A DNA stretch of 63,990 bases, counting the filler, from Craspedostauros australis (Eukaryota): assembly GCA_030167865.1 (NCBI GenBank). It is 23 parts of 23 records of this genome, joined end to end, with 100 filler letters (N's around TTAATTAATTAA, not from the genome) between each part and the next. Parts side by side here need not be neighbours in the genome. Positions count along the whole stretch, not along the records: positions 35,950 to 38,151 come from JALAGF010003086.1; positions 38,252 to 39,575 come from JALAGF010003087.1; positions 39,676 to 40,956 come from JALAGF010003088.1; positions 41,057 to 50,171 come from JALAGF010003089.1; 19 more parts are not named here. One strand, written 5' to 3'. The translations under genes and the position numbers were made by a program. The notes beneath the pieces are model-generated. The model searched no databases. It was not told the DNA's origin and saw only the letters and a program-made list of their open reading frames with translations. Shown here piece after piece: positions 35,950 to 48,543 of this stretch. How positions within the stretch are numbered: the first letter of the stretch is position 1; each line of letters starts with the position of its first letter.

Positions 35950-38151
35950 GGTGAAAGGGTCCCCATGGTCCCATGCAATCCCCAAGAAATGCCCAGGCTT
36001 GAATGGATGGTGCGGGAACTTCGTCATCGGCTCAAAATACCAGATTGGCTGAAAGAACGTGAATCGGAACATGGAGATGTCCAGTGTGTTGCCTCGCAAC
36101 ATCTCGATTGGAGTGCGCCACTGAGTGCTTTCTTTGGCCGTGTAGTTCCATACGTCGATAGCGTGCTGCACTGCGTGACACCAAAATGTGAGTGGTGCAG
36201 TCGCGGCCCAGAGCATCTGATACGCGTGTCGCTTGATGTTCCCGATGGCTCGCTCTGCGCGGTTCTGGTTCTGGTTCATTGGAGCGGTGAAGGAGTGCTT
36301 GATCATGTACCTTGTGGTTACAGCCTTCCATGCCTTACCGGCTTGGACTTGCGAGTTGTCTGAGATGAGTAGATCCGGTGCCCCGACCTGCACAATGAAT
36401 TCCGTCAGCGCCCCTGGCGTCATCGCCTTCCTTTGGAGCGGCTTGGCCCAGATGAACTTGGATTCGCTGTGTGTGAAGAGTTGGATGCATCGGTATTGTC
36501 GGATGGATGGGACCGTGGAGAAAAATGGATCTGTGTCCACCCTTCCCTTGATTCGGTATGGTTGCAACGCACCTGCTTGCTGTGCTCGATACTGCCTTGG
36601 GATGAGTCTTGACTCGGCCTCGATGGGTGTGTCGGCCAGCTGGGTGGATGCTTCCTTGGTCTTNNNNNNNNNNNNNNNNNNNNNNNNNNNNNNNNNNNNN
36701 NNNNNNNNNNNNNNNNNNNNNGATCGCCTGAGGCGTCGGTGCCTGTCGCAAATCGTGATGTGCGCGGCTTGGGTGAGCTCGTGAGCTGTTGGTCTGCGGA
36801 TTGGGATGTGTAGGGTATTGCCGTCATGGTTCGCCAGTGGGATGCTGATGTCGCCAGACGATATCCGTTGCTGCCCGTCGTGTTGTTGAAGTCTGTCGTA
36901 TACGCGTACTCCGGAGGCTCGCATGTGGTGCGTGTTGAATAGCGACTCCATCTGCCGTGGATGCTTGTCAAGAGCCACGAAGAACGCCTTGATGAGAATC
37001 ACTCCGCCTTGCGGCGAATCGTATGCNNNNNNNNNNNNNNNNNNNNNNNNNNNNNNNNNNNNNNNNNNNNNNNNNNNNNNNNNNNNNNNNNNNNNNNNNN
37101 NATGCTGTCGGGTCACTTCCCATCCAGACTCGTGTACAATGTCGCCGTCCGCCCCTGAGTCTAGAATGATATAGCCGTGGCTACTATTTGATACTCTTGC
37201 CCGTCGAATCGTGTGCTCTGTATGTGGGTGGGTTGTGCTGTGACGCGACACTCGTAGCGCATCCGGGGCCCTGGCCGCCATCTTACTCTCCGCAGTATCA
37301 CTCTCCAGTTCGGTATTCTCCCGATCCTTGATACGAATGCTGACTTCCGATTGACGGCGTGTGACGGCCGCCGGTGGTTGTCAGGTACTGTTGTCACACG
37401 GTCCGTACTTCTTGACACGATCGGTCTTGTTGCCGAATCTCGCGCGCTTGTTGGACTTGCGCTGAGCTTGTTGCTCNNNNNNNNNNNNNNNNNNNNNNNN
37501 NNNNNNNNNNNNNNNNNNNNNNNNNNNNNNNNNNNNNNNNNNNNNNNNNNNNNNNNNNNNNNNNNNNNNNNNNNNNNNNNNNNNNNNNNNNNNNNNNNNN
37601 NNNNNNNNNNNNNNNNNNNNNNNNNNNNNNNNNNNNNNNNNNNNGTCGCCGGATGCCTTGTCGAATGATCGCTTGCGGTCGGGACGACTGTCCTTCTGGT
37701 GCATGCGTCGGCTGCGTCCTGGGGACTTGTCGAGGTTGGCGTTGGCGAGGATCTTGTCATGGCGCATGAGTGTCTTGCGGACCCAGGAGAAGGACTCCTT
37801 GGTCTGCTGTAGGCTTGTGATCACGCTGGCAAATCGCTCGTCGCGGATGCTGCGGAAAAACCTTGCGATCTTCTCNTGATCGTTCATTGGCTTGCCATTG
37901 TCCTCGATTGCATGGAGGGACATNGAGAAGTCNTTGACNAAAGTCCCAAAGGAACCNTTGCCAGAGTATATGAGCTTGGAGAGTCTTGCCTCCTCCTCTG
38001 CCACGATGCCGGCCTGATTCTTGGCGGACTCGTAGATGCGAATGAGAGATTGGAAGGCGGCGTGGCTGCTGGGTTCCTCTGCTGTGACAATGTACTGCGC
38101 GTCTCCCTTGCAGGTTTTGGAGCGGAGCACTGCGTAGAACTGAGCGTCCAC
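35950..38151 (-). mobile_element. Ty1/copia (CoDi-like) gag-protease-integrase, with gag and pol in frame across a single TGA
   Basis: Gag spans 38151-37381. The protease motif is ILDSGAD. Integrase motifs are VDTDPFF, LISDNS and NQNRAERAIG, in copia domain order. Confidence 0.92.
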
Positions 38152-38251
38152 NNNNNNNNNNNNNNNNNNNNNNNNNNNNNNNNNNNNNNNNNNNNTTAAT
38201 TAATTAANNNNNNNNNNNNNNNNNNNNNNNNNNNNNNNNNNNNNNNNNNNN

Positions 38252-39575
38252 GGTGAAAGGGTCCCCATGGTCCCATGCAATCCCCAAGAAATGCCCAGGC
38301 TTGAATGGATGGTGCGGGAACTTCGTCATCGGCTCAAAATACCAGATTGGCTGAAAGAACGTGAATCGGAACATGGAGATGTCCAGTGTGTTGCCTCGCA
38401 ACATCTCGATTGGAGTGCGCCACTGAGTGCTTTCTTTGGCCGTGTAGTTCCATACGTCGATAGCGTGCTGCACTGCGTGACACCAAAATGTGAGTGGTGC
38501 AGTCGCGGCCCAGAGCATCTGATACGCGTGTCGCTTGATGTTCCCGATGGCTCGCTCTGCGCGGTTCTGGTTCTGGTTCATTGGAGCGGTGAAGGAGTGC
38601 TTGATCATGTACCTTGTGGTTACAGCCTTCCATGCCTTACCGGCTTGGACTTGCGAGTTGTCCGAGATGAGTAGATCCGGTGCCCCGACCTGCACAATGA
38701 ATTCCGTCAGCGCCCCTGGCGCCATCGCCTCCCTTCGGAGCGGTTTGGCCCAGATGAACTTGGATTCGCTGTGTGTGAAGAGTTGGATGCATCGGTATTG
38801 TCGGATGGATGGGACTGTGGAGAAAAATGGATCTGTGTCCACCCTGCCATTGATTCGGTATGGTTGCAACGCACCTACTTGCTGTGCTCGATACTGCCTT
38901 GGGATGAGTCTTGACTTGGCCTCGATGGGTGTGTCGGCCAGCTGGGTGGATGCTTCCTTGGTCTTCGCCACCACTTGTGGTGGGAGATGTTGGAATACTT
39001 TGTCGAAGTCGACATGTGTGTGGGATCGCCTGAGGCGTCGGTGCCTGTTGCAAATCGTGATGTGCGCGGCTTGGGTGAGCTCGTGAGCTGTTGGTCTGCG
39101 GATTGGGATGCATAGGGTATTGCCGTCATGGTTCGCTAGTGGGATGCTGATGTCGCCAGACGATATCCGTTGCTGCCCGTCGTGTTGTCGAAGTCTGTCG
39201 TATACGCGTACTCCGGAGGCTCGCATGTGGTGCGTGTTGAATAGCGACTCCATCTGCCGTGGATGCTTGTCAAGAGCCACGAAGAACGCCTTGATGAGAA
39301 TCACTCCGCCTTGCGGCGAATCGTATGCAGTCACTGCGTCAACCATTGCAAACGCCTCGACCGGTGAATCCACAGTCGCGCCGCGAGCGTGGAACTTCTG
39401 CGTATGCTGTCGGGTCACTTCCCATCCAGACTCGTGTACAATGTCGCCGTCCGCCCCTGAGTCTAGAATGATATAGCCGTGGCTACTATTCGATACTCTT
39501 GCCCGTCGAATCGTGTGCTCTGTATGTGGGTGGGTTGTGCTGTGACGCGACACTCGTAGCGCATCCGGGGCCCTG
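38252..39575 (-). mobile_element. Second, near-identical copy of the protease-integrase region
   Basis: Same protein as 35950 to about 37270 with scattered substitutions, and both contigs break at the same position. Confidence 0.93.
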
Positions 39576-39675
39576 NNNNNNNNNNNNNNNNNNNNNNNNN
39601 NNNNNNNNNNNNNNNNNNNTTAATTAATTAANNNNNNNNNNNNNNNNNNNNNNNNNNNNNNNNNNNNNNNNNNNN

Positions 39676-40956
39676 TGCGCGGCGTTCATCGCGTTCTTCG
39701 TGGGTTGTCGGTTTCACCACGTCCGTTCCTTCCGGTAGATCGATGAGGAAGGGCTGGTTGAGACAATCGACGCAGTACGAGTAGATGTACCCTTGTTTGA
39801 AGCACAGTGGGCACGATGCCCATCCTTGGTACATTGCGCGCCCCGCTGCTTCGATCGTCTTCTCGATGGGAGACTTGTTGGTGGAGAGCGAGAAGACAGG
39901 TTCTCTGCAGATGTCTTCCGCTCCGATCACCATNNNNNNNNNNNNNNNNNNNNNGTTGGTAGACTCTTCTTCGGTGCTGACGAGGTCTTCATCGTAGATG
40001 ACCTCGTCGAAGAACTCGTCGTCTTTGGTGGACTCGTCATCGGACGGGAAGAGTTCGCGGTTGATGCGCTCGGCGGCGACCGCTGGTGGTCCGTAGTGAC
40101 CATACACCCCTGGGTGGTGGGCCGCCCGCTCTTCCGCCGTCCACTCGGAGCCTTGGTTTGGCTCTTCGTTGCCATGGTCGCCCATCTCTTCGTCGGTGGA
40201 CGTGAGGGCGAGGTCTTCGGTGGTCTCCTCTTTGGGAGGCATCATGGCATGGTCGTTGCTCATGTTTTTCTTGATGTTCGTAATTTCTTGGGTTGTTACG
40301 AGTCTTGGGTTGGTCACATTTTTGACCTCTGTCGAATCGATTTCGAACTCGTTGGTGAGGAAACACATCATTTCCGTGCTATCCATGGACTTGTCGTCTT
40401 CGGGCAACCAGAAGGGCTCCTCGATCATGGCTAGGGCAACGTCGTCGGCCTTCTCGTCGGTAGGTAACCACATCTCTTCGTCAACTTCAACGAAGGAGTC
40501 GTAGCCAGCCACATCGTCTTGGGTAGTCCGCCACATGTGTTCTTCGACCATCACGAGGGCGACGTCTGTCTCTTCCTCCATGACGTCGGTCGCCACGTTT
40601 GCGGCCTCAGCTTCTCGCATCGCTGCTTTCAACTTGAAGCAGTCGAGGATCTTGTGCCCCTTCTTACCGCAGTACTTGCAGTTTCCGTTGAACTTGTTCT
40701 TGNNNNNNNNNNNNNNNNNNNNNNNNNNNNNNNNNNNNNNNNNNNNNNNNNNNNNNNNNNNNNNNNNNNNNCAGTCCGCCTTCTTGTGCCCGTAGGCACC
40801 GCAGTTGCGGCAGTACCCTTTGAAGCCGCCCGTGGCAGCGAGAGCCATTTCCTCTTTGGTGTCACTCTCGCAGCGGTTGCTTCCTTGCTTGATGTGACGT
40901 GCGTCGTAGGTGGCACTCACTGCTTCACGGATGTCCTCGATTGACATCGTGCTTTC
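39676..40956 (-). mobile_element. Copia gag C-terminus with two CCHC zinc knuckles and a long acidic extension
   Basis: GFKGYCRNCGAYGHKKAD and KFNGNCKYCGKKGHKILDCF, later followed by CPLC-x8-CVDC. Confidence 0.8.
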
Positions 40957-42980
40957 NNNNNNNNNNNNNNNNNNNNNNNNNNNNNNNNNNNNNNNNNNNN
41001 TTAATTAATTAANNNNNNNNNNNNNNNNNNNNNNNNNNNNNNNNNNNNNNNNNNNNATAAGAACTAGGCGGAAACAAGCAATTTATGACTTAAACGCTAT
41101 GAAATAGAGCCAATTATTGCATTTTGAACTGCCCCCCTAGAGAACCTGCCTTCAAAGGCAGAAAAAAACTCACTATGGATATCGTACGATACCAATCAGC
41201 TTACCACCAACGCAAACGCAGAGAATCCGCTGCTGACAACAACTAAGGCAAACTGGATCCATTGGATCTTGGCGCAAGCGGTCCCAAAACGCGATGCCGT
41301 TGAATCCTGGGCATGGGCTTAGGTGCGAACACGAGACTACCATGTAGGCATGTACGCAGGTATGGTACGACCGATTTGATGGATGTGTGAAAACGAAGAC
41401 GGCAGGAACGATGGAAGCGATGGTGATGATGTGCCACGCAGTGATGATCTCCGGAGAAGATACTTTCCCATACGCACGGCAACGACTTGCGTGTATGAGT
41501 ACGGAAGAGCCAACAAGAACATCTGATGAAAGAAGGACGAAACGAACACCTCCAAAGAAGAGCATTGGGAACAGGAGAAACACAAGGAAGAAGGATGGTG
41601 AGAAAGAAAAAAGAGAACGGTGCGAGAAAGGAACATCAACCCGTTCCTGACGGCATCCAACGCTCAATGTGCGTGTGCTTGCATGTGTTTGCGTGTGCGT
41701 CTTTCTTTTGCTTCTCCGTTGTGTCCCATCCTCTCTCCACCTTTCTGTGCCCTTCTCCGCTCCATGTTGCTGCGCCACACTCGACTCCACCATGAGCCTC
41801 CTCTCTCTCTGCGCCGCTCTTGTACTGACATGGCGGCTACATGAATTCTCGTGGACGCCTTGGTGGCGCTGCGCGATGTATGGCAGTGCGTGGGTATCTT
41901 CGGACTCGTGATGGACATGGGAACTTTATCACCGCACAATACACAACAGCGCAGCCCACCGCGCACGAGCCACAACATTTATCTCTTTTCCCAAGACATC
42001 AACAAGACGCTGCGTGGGTCTTTGGCACCAAATTTCAGTGGCAACACCAGCAACGGCGATGGCGGCAGTATCAACCTCAGCAACGGCCGCAAAAGAGAGA
42101 AGAACACCAACCATCGTGGGAGTAGCAACGATGCTGCCTACCTCTCGGCGATGCGCGCATGTGTCCCGCAATTGCAGAACAGGTTGCAGAAAAACATCCG
42201 TTGCCGCCACGGAGGATGGAGCGTTTGCAGTGATCCGATCGATCCCCAAAATTTTGACACGAAGAACAATAATACGCGGACGATTGCACATTTAGCGGAC
42301 AGTGATAGTTCGGACACTCACACAGTCCATCGCACAACTTGTCAGCGAGTGGCGAACACTTTCGCCTCTTTGTGAGTGATCACGCGCGGGAATTACCCCA
42401 AGATCGAGCAATACTGCGTGCAATTTTTGGCCAACGTGATTCGCAAAGACTGAAAATGATAAGGACAGAGACGTTAAACATCCGAGGATGGCGTCGGAAG
42501 CTTGAAACGATGCACATGTCAAATTTCGCCCTGGGACTCCGCACTCGGAAGGTTAGGTTCGTCGTGGTTTGTTTCGCACAGATTCAATGAAGCACAGAGA
42601 ACAGACGGCGCAAATGCAGCAACGGTAGCAACAGCCTCGCGTTCCATTCCGTTCGCAATCGAGACAAAGCCACCAAAAGTCGACAGCAATGTCCAGAAGG
42701 ACAGCTGGAGGTGCAGAACACAACAACGAAGTGCTGCCTGTCCCATCTCGTCATAAAATCCAACTCCGAAATACTTTTTCTCCTGATCAATCGATCACAC
42801 GGTCAGTCCAGTCTCACCGTTTCGATCAACCTTGCACACCAACGAGAACAACAACGGCGACATCACAGAAGCACATCCACTCTCACTCACTCACTCACTC
42901 ACCCATTCAAGCAATCAACTAATCAATCAAGCAAGCAATCTCCTGCAAGCACAGCAGCGCAACTGCCTCACAAATACACA

Positions 42981-44242
42981 ATGACGGATTCTCAAAGTCA
43001 GACGCAGCAACAGCAGCAGCAAATGCAACAACCAAAACCAAGGCAGCAGCAGGGACGATCGAAGCACGGCACTTGCTCTGCAAAAAGCACAAAGCCATCT
43101 GTACGATTTGCAGAGATGGCGGAACTGTACGAGTTCGATGATTACTTTGACAGCAAGCGACAGAGCCTCTGTTGGTATTCTGTAAGTCCAAATGGCCGCA
43201 GATCGCACGCCTCCAAAAAGGTGGCTCGTCCAATGATCATTGCTGCGACTTCGGGTTGCTTTGGATGCATCAACGTCCGTTGAAATGTGGACGGGAAGCC
43301 TCACAAGGCAGCACGCTGTGCACGTCCAACCAATGCGAATGCTCGCTTGGTATCCCACGATGCTCCATGACGGACAACGCCGGAAAGATCCCGGTCCAGC
43401 GCATGCGATCTCACTGATCCGCTCAAGATGGCCTCAGCAACGAAGGATTCATGTCCACGTGTTTACACGCACACTGTACCAGTACAAGTACCATTGCCAC
43501 AACCAGTATTCTCACATGCATCAATCACCATGCTCTCCCCTCCACATTTCCACACGATGTGATTGATACCATCATCATTGCAACCGCAACCAACCCGATC
43601 TGTCGTGTTGCGTCCCAACAGGATGGCGATTACGTCCGCTTCGAACACAACAAGCAGCAGGATCTGCGAGCGCTGAGACGAGTGCGCAACAACCCCAACC
43701 TCATCAATCCAATGAAACACTGCGAGCGGGGTCTCGAAAGCCGCATGACGAAGACGGCGCTGCACCAGCTCGTGCGACGACGACACGCGCTGACGTGCGC
43801 CGTCCTTCAGGAGCAGTACGCGCAGATCTGCAGTGGCATCTACGATGAAGACAAACTGGCCGCCGTCTCCGCCAAGGCGTCGTTCGGACCGGCGATGGAG
43901 GCTTTGGAGCGCGGCATCAGCTACGGCATCCAGAACATGGAGCGCACGCAGGAATCGCCCAGCGCGAAGCGCCACAAACGATCCTTCAGCTTGGATCTGG
44001 AGTACGAGTCCGACACGAGCAGCACGGTTGCGTGCAGTGACGAAGGCAGCACGTTCGATGCCGTGCGGACAGACTTCAAGGACAGCATTCGTGGCAGTCC
44101 GCAACCAAAGATCCCGTCGTGGAAACAGTTCCTCAGCGATATCTTCCAGTCGGCTCCGATCGAGGCTTCTGTCAAGCCCAACGATCTGCAGTTGTATTCT
44201 CCAAAACTATCGAAGAGCAGTTCGCGGCAGGAGGCGCAGTAA
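42981..44242 (+). CDS. Diatom-expanded hypothetical protein family (VRF...WY...C.RGLE...VL.EQ..Q)
   Basis: Exon 1 is 42981-43181, then a phase-0 GTAAGT...CAACAG intron at 43182-43621, then exon 2 at 43622-44242. Motifs are SVRFAE, CWYS, CERGLE, AVLQEQYAQ and DKLAAVS. Confidence 0.8.
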
Positions 44243-44794
44243 TTGCAGCCGGCCGTTCTCTCTATCTCTCTATCATCGTCATTCCGTCACATGCACACTT
44301 GTATCGAAAGTGAAGTGACAACACACAAACACACAATGGGGGTTTGCGTTGTGCACCAGATGCGCAACCGCATATATACAGTAACATCCATACATACACA
44401 CGTACCTGCGCATTACATATTCAATAATAGACTACATATCCTACATACCACATTCACTCTCGCACTTGTTGATGGGCAGTATTGATTTCGACGGCACACG
44501 GCTTGATCTTGGCGAGCTGAAACAGCGCCTCTTACGAGATGCGCATCGTATCCTGCAAACAGCACGTAGGCAAGGCCACACATGTCCAGGACACATTTGT
44601 GGTGATTGCGCACGGCCCGGTTCAACCTTCCACAACCAATGCGCGCACGATGCCAAACGGCTCTCTGCGTCTTGCACCGAAAGTCATTGGTCCAAACAAG
44701 GCCCCATTCGCAAAAACTCGATGGAATGCTGTCGTATGATGATAGTCTACATGCTATCTATTGCAGGATAAGCAGAAATGTTCCACCCCTGCCT

Positions 44795-45452
44795 TTACGC
44801 CTCCGCCTCCTCGACTGACGCCATAAGAGCATCGCGCTTTTGCCGCGCCTGATCGGTGTAATAGCGCGCGGCGATGAAGGAGCTGCCGGCACCTGCGGGC
44901 TTGCCAGTGAAGTAAGAATTGACGCACGTGAAGCCATTGAATCCCTTGGTGCGCTGGCTGCTCGTCAGGTAATACATATGTCCAAAGTACTGCGGTCGAT
45001 TGAATTCATCGACCTGCTTCTGCGAGTCGACGGTGTGTCTGTTGTTGTATTATATGTTGTATCGAATCGCATCGTGTATTGGATTGGAGCGCAGGGCAGC
45101 AGCGTCGCAATTGGGAATGAATACGGTAGTGCGTGGTGTTTAGTATTTCCGCGAGAACCAGATGGAACGTTGCATTGATGTAATCCCGGCAATGATGCCA
45201 AGCATTTTCATCAACGAAGAAGGAGGAAAGAGACAGCGATGCAGCATTAGGTGAGAGCCATGGAGAAGACGAAATGGAGGCGCCAAGGGAAGCTGAACAC
45301 CAACGCACTTCTCTCGTGTCAAGCAATCAAGACATGTAACACAACACAACGCAAGAGGGAACTCACTCGGCGACACGCTCGGACAGGCGACCGATGCGAG
45401 ACTCCTCCGTCTCGCGCAGGCTCTTGAAAAATCCTGTGATTGGGTTCACCAT
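44795..45452 (-). CDS. Small 109-aa protein of unknown function (two exons)
   Basis: Exon 1 is 45452-45367, then a GTGAGT...ACAACAG phase-2 intron at 45366-45039, then exon 2 at 45038-44795. The spliced protein is MVNPITGFFKSLRETEESRIGRLSERVAEHTVDSQKQVDEFNRPQYFGHMYYL...VEEAEA. Confidence 0.7.
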
Positions 45453-45999
45453 GGTTGCGGCAGTATCTGTATCTTCGACTATCTGCGTGTATGCGGTGGG
45501 GTCGCCGCAGTTGAGATGAGATGAGATGAGACGATGATGTGTCAACCTTGACAATGCCTGTGTTGTTGTTGTTGTCGTTGTTGCCGCTGCGTGTGCGGAA
45601 AGAGCGACCGCCATGGTCGTCATGTCTGTTGCTGCTTTCTGCTGTTCCTGTTGGTGGATTCTTGCTCGATCTCGACTCGCTCGATTACAAATAGTCTGAA
45701 AATGGAATGCGGAATCTTTGCCGACAGTTTCAGTTCGTTGCTGTGCGGAAACAAGGACAGATCATCACCAACCAACAACGCGAATGACAACAACGCAAAT
45801 CGAAATGGAAAACAGAAGCGAAATCAAGAGCCAACGAAAGACACCAACCGACAATGGCAGAAAGAAAGAACATCGGCCGTTCCTCCATCTTCACAAACAG
45901 CATATTATATTACATTCTATAACAGCGTACTACACATTGATTGCACCAAGTACAATAGCATCCAGGGAGTGTACTGTACTGTAGCAACACGAAGGAACC

Positions 46000-47019
46000 A
46001 TGCAGCACGATGAGATGATATGGCAGGTGATCAACCACCAATTCTGCTCGTTCAAACACCACATCGGCAAAGCGAAATCTGACAAGACGACGTTCTGCCA
46101 ACACCCGTACTCCGTCACGGGCCTCTGCAACCGCACGAGCTGCCCGCTGGCCAACTCGCGGTACGCCACACTGCGCGAAGAAAACGGCAAGGTCTACCTC
46201 TGCATGAAGACGGCCGAACGTGCCCACTCGCCCAAGAATCTGTGGGAGAAGGTGCTGCTGAGCCGCAACTACAGCAAGGCGCTGCAGCAGATCGATGAGC
46301 ATCTGCAGTTCTTTCCCAAGGTGCTGCAGCATCGCAACAAGCAGCGTCTCACCAAGATCCATCAGTACCTCATCCGCATGCGCAAGATCAAGCTGCGCGA
46401 ATTGGCCGGCCACAAGGCCCGCATCGTGCAGGCGCCGACGCGCAAGGTGGCGCAGCGCGAGGCGCGGCGCGAGCAGAAGGCTTTGATCGCGGCGCGGATC
46501 ACGCAGAAGGTGGAGCAGGAGCTTGTGGATCGGTTAGCCAAGGGCACGTACGGTGATTTGTACGACTTTGAAGATCAGACATACAAGAAGGCCATCGAGC
46601 AAAAGGAGACGGAGGAAGCTGCTGATGATCAGACCGAGATGGAGAGCGAGGATGAGTCCGATGATGAGGAGCGCATGGTGGAGTACGTGGAAGACTTGGA
46701 ATCGGATGAGGATGAGATGGAGGAGGACATGGAGGATCTGGAATACCTCGGTGATGGCAGATGGGGCGGCGGTGATGGTGAAGACCAAGACGACGGCAGT
46801 TCTGATGATGACGATGACGATGACGACGACGACGACGATGACAGCAGCGATGATGACGACGAGGACGATGGCACACCACGAAAGAAGAAACAGAAACGAG
46901 ATAAGAAGAAGAAGACCAAGCCTGGACGGCGGAAGGGATCTCGTGTGGAAATCGAATACGAGGAAGAGCATGAGGGTGAACAAAGAATGGAGGCAGCTTC
47001 GGCGGGTACGGCGTGGTGA
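46000..47019 (+). CDS. MAK16: Ribosome biogenesis protein MAK16
   Basis: MQHDEMIWQVINHQFCSFK, VTGLCNRTSCPLANSRYAT, KTAERAHSP, KQRLTKI, an acidic tail and VEIEYEEE. Confidence 0.97.
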   Translation: MQHDEMIWQVINHQFCSFKHHIGKAKSDKTTFCQHPYSVTGLCNRTSCPLANSRYATLREENGKVYLCMKTAERAHSPKNLWEKVLLSRNYSKALQQIDEHLQFFPKVLQHRNKQRLTKIHQYLIRMRKIKLRELAGHKARIVQAPTRKVAQREARREQKALIAARITQKVEQELVDRLAKGTYGDLYDFEDQTYKKAIEQKETEEAADDQTEMESEDESDDEERMVEYVEDLESDEDEMEEDMEDLEYLGDGRWGGGDGEDQDDGSSDDDDDDDDDDDDDSSDDDDEDDGTPRKKKQKRDKKKKTKPGRRKGSRVEIEYEEEHEGEQRMEAASAGTAW

Positions 47020-47491
47020 TTGTGAAAGCACGCGCAACTGTGGTATTAACACTCGTGCTCTACAAGCAATCGTGCGATGCAAGAAGTGCGATGGAGTGTT
47101 GCAACGCTGCAATGTGAGTTATTCTGTTGCCCAAGTGAGCATACAGTTGTTTGTATCACACAATACAATTAAGGTATTGCAACTTCTAAAAATCGCAACT
47201 ATGATGCTTGTAGACGTCAGATGCTGCTGGATCGTTTCGAGGCACCCTCTTGTCTCCAAGGTGTAGCTCGTCCTCGTTCGATCAGGTCGCAGCTGGCAGT
47301 TGGGGGCATTTCTGATGGCAGATCTTTTTCTGGGCGACTCCTGATTCTGCTTTTGCGCACAAGACCCAAACGGAACGGAACAGGAAGATCTCATTGTTCG
47401 GCGACCAAGCAGACATCATCACCATCACAGGTTCATACAACTACCAACCAACATCAGCAACCAACATCAGCAACCAACATCAGCAACAACC

Positions 47492-48175
47492 ATGACAGCC
47501 ACCGATCTGCAAGCACTCGAGAAACGCATTGAGGCGCTCGAACGCAAACGACTCCAAGTTCCCAAGGACACGGACGTCGAGGACAACATCCGCAGAGCGC
47601 GTCATGCCGTGGAAGTCACCCACGCCATCCACAGCGCGCGATGGAAGTGGGTGCCGTCGACGTACTACGACTGGCCGTTGGCACAGCGAGCCAAGATCCT
47701 GGGCGCCCCCACGACGCACCATCTCTGCAAATCCCTTCTCATGGAGAACAAGAAACAGCGATCGCCGAAACCGGGCGACGATCTCTCCACGAACCCCCGC
47801 TTCATGCTCATCGTCATTCAGTACGACGCCACGTTGGACATCACGAAGCTCATGACGGCCATCCGTCGCTTGCGGCCCGTTGCCGAACGATTGGAAGAAT
47901 CGCGATTCGAATTCCGCCTCGCGACGCCAGAGGACAACGATCGCATCACTGGGTATCCGAATGGCGCCGTGACGCCGTTCGGTCTCAAGGATGTCACCGT
48001 GCCCATCCTGCTCAGCGCCAGCGTCGTGCCGTTGCAGTACTTTTGGATGGGCGGCGGGCACATCAATCTCAAGGTCGGTATGGCCGTGCAGGACTTTGTC
48101 ACGAAGTGTCCCAACGTGCGCGTCATGGATCTCAGCGTGGCGCGGGATCCCAACGACGACGTTGACGAGGAGTGA
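47492..48175 (+). CDS. YbaK/ProX-family aminoacyl-tRNA editing (deacylase) domain protein
   Basis: LCKSLLMEN (conserved Lys), ITGYPNGAVTPFG (GxxxP loop) and FWMGGGH. Confidence 0.88.
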   Translation: MTATDLQALEKRIEALERKRLQVPKDTDVEDNIRRARHAVEVTHAIHSARWKWVPSTYYDWPLAQRAKILGAPTTHHLCKSLLMENKKQRSPKPGDDLSTNPRFMLIVIQYDATLDITKLMTAIRRLRPVAERLEESRFEFRLATPEDNDRITGYPNGAVTPFGLKDVTVPILLSASVVPLQYFWMGGGHINLKVGMAVQDFVTKCPNVRVMDLSVARDPNDDVDEE

Positions 48176-48543
48176 GGAATTAGAACGGAAGAAGGTCGCA
48201 TGCAGCAGCGGCAACCTCAGGAGTGGGAGCTGCAGATTAAACCCCCAATGACAAGGGCGCAAGTATGTAGGGAACACAGCTGATTTCATCAGCCACACTC
48301 TTTGGTTTGGCTTTGAGCGCCCCGAGAGCATTGTATTATACAGGATGGTAGAATACTAGAGAGTTGGTTGCGCTATCGTTACGTTATTGGCAGTCTCTGT
48401 GGAACACTCACATGCCTCGCGACAGCCAAGTCTATCACAGACAACGAGCTTGCATTGCGTCGATTGCAGCGAAGCACTGGTGTGCACGCACGAAATCTAA
48501 CCCCGCAATGCGCTGCCCGCCGCAATGCGTAATGATCGCCGAT

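Noticed and set aside
35950..39575. Tandem duplication of the copia pol region
   Set aside because: These are separate contigs breaking at the same base. They are dispersed copies or alleles, not a tandem array.
41792..42375. 174-aa ORF at 41851-42375
   Set aside because: It has a GTG start behind an in-frame stop and no recognisable motif.
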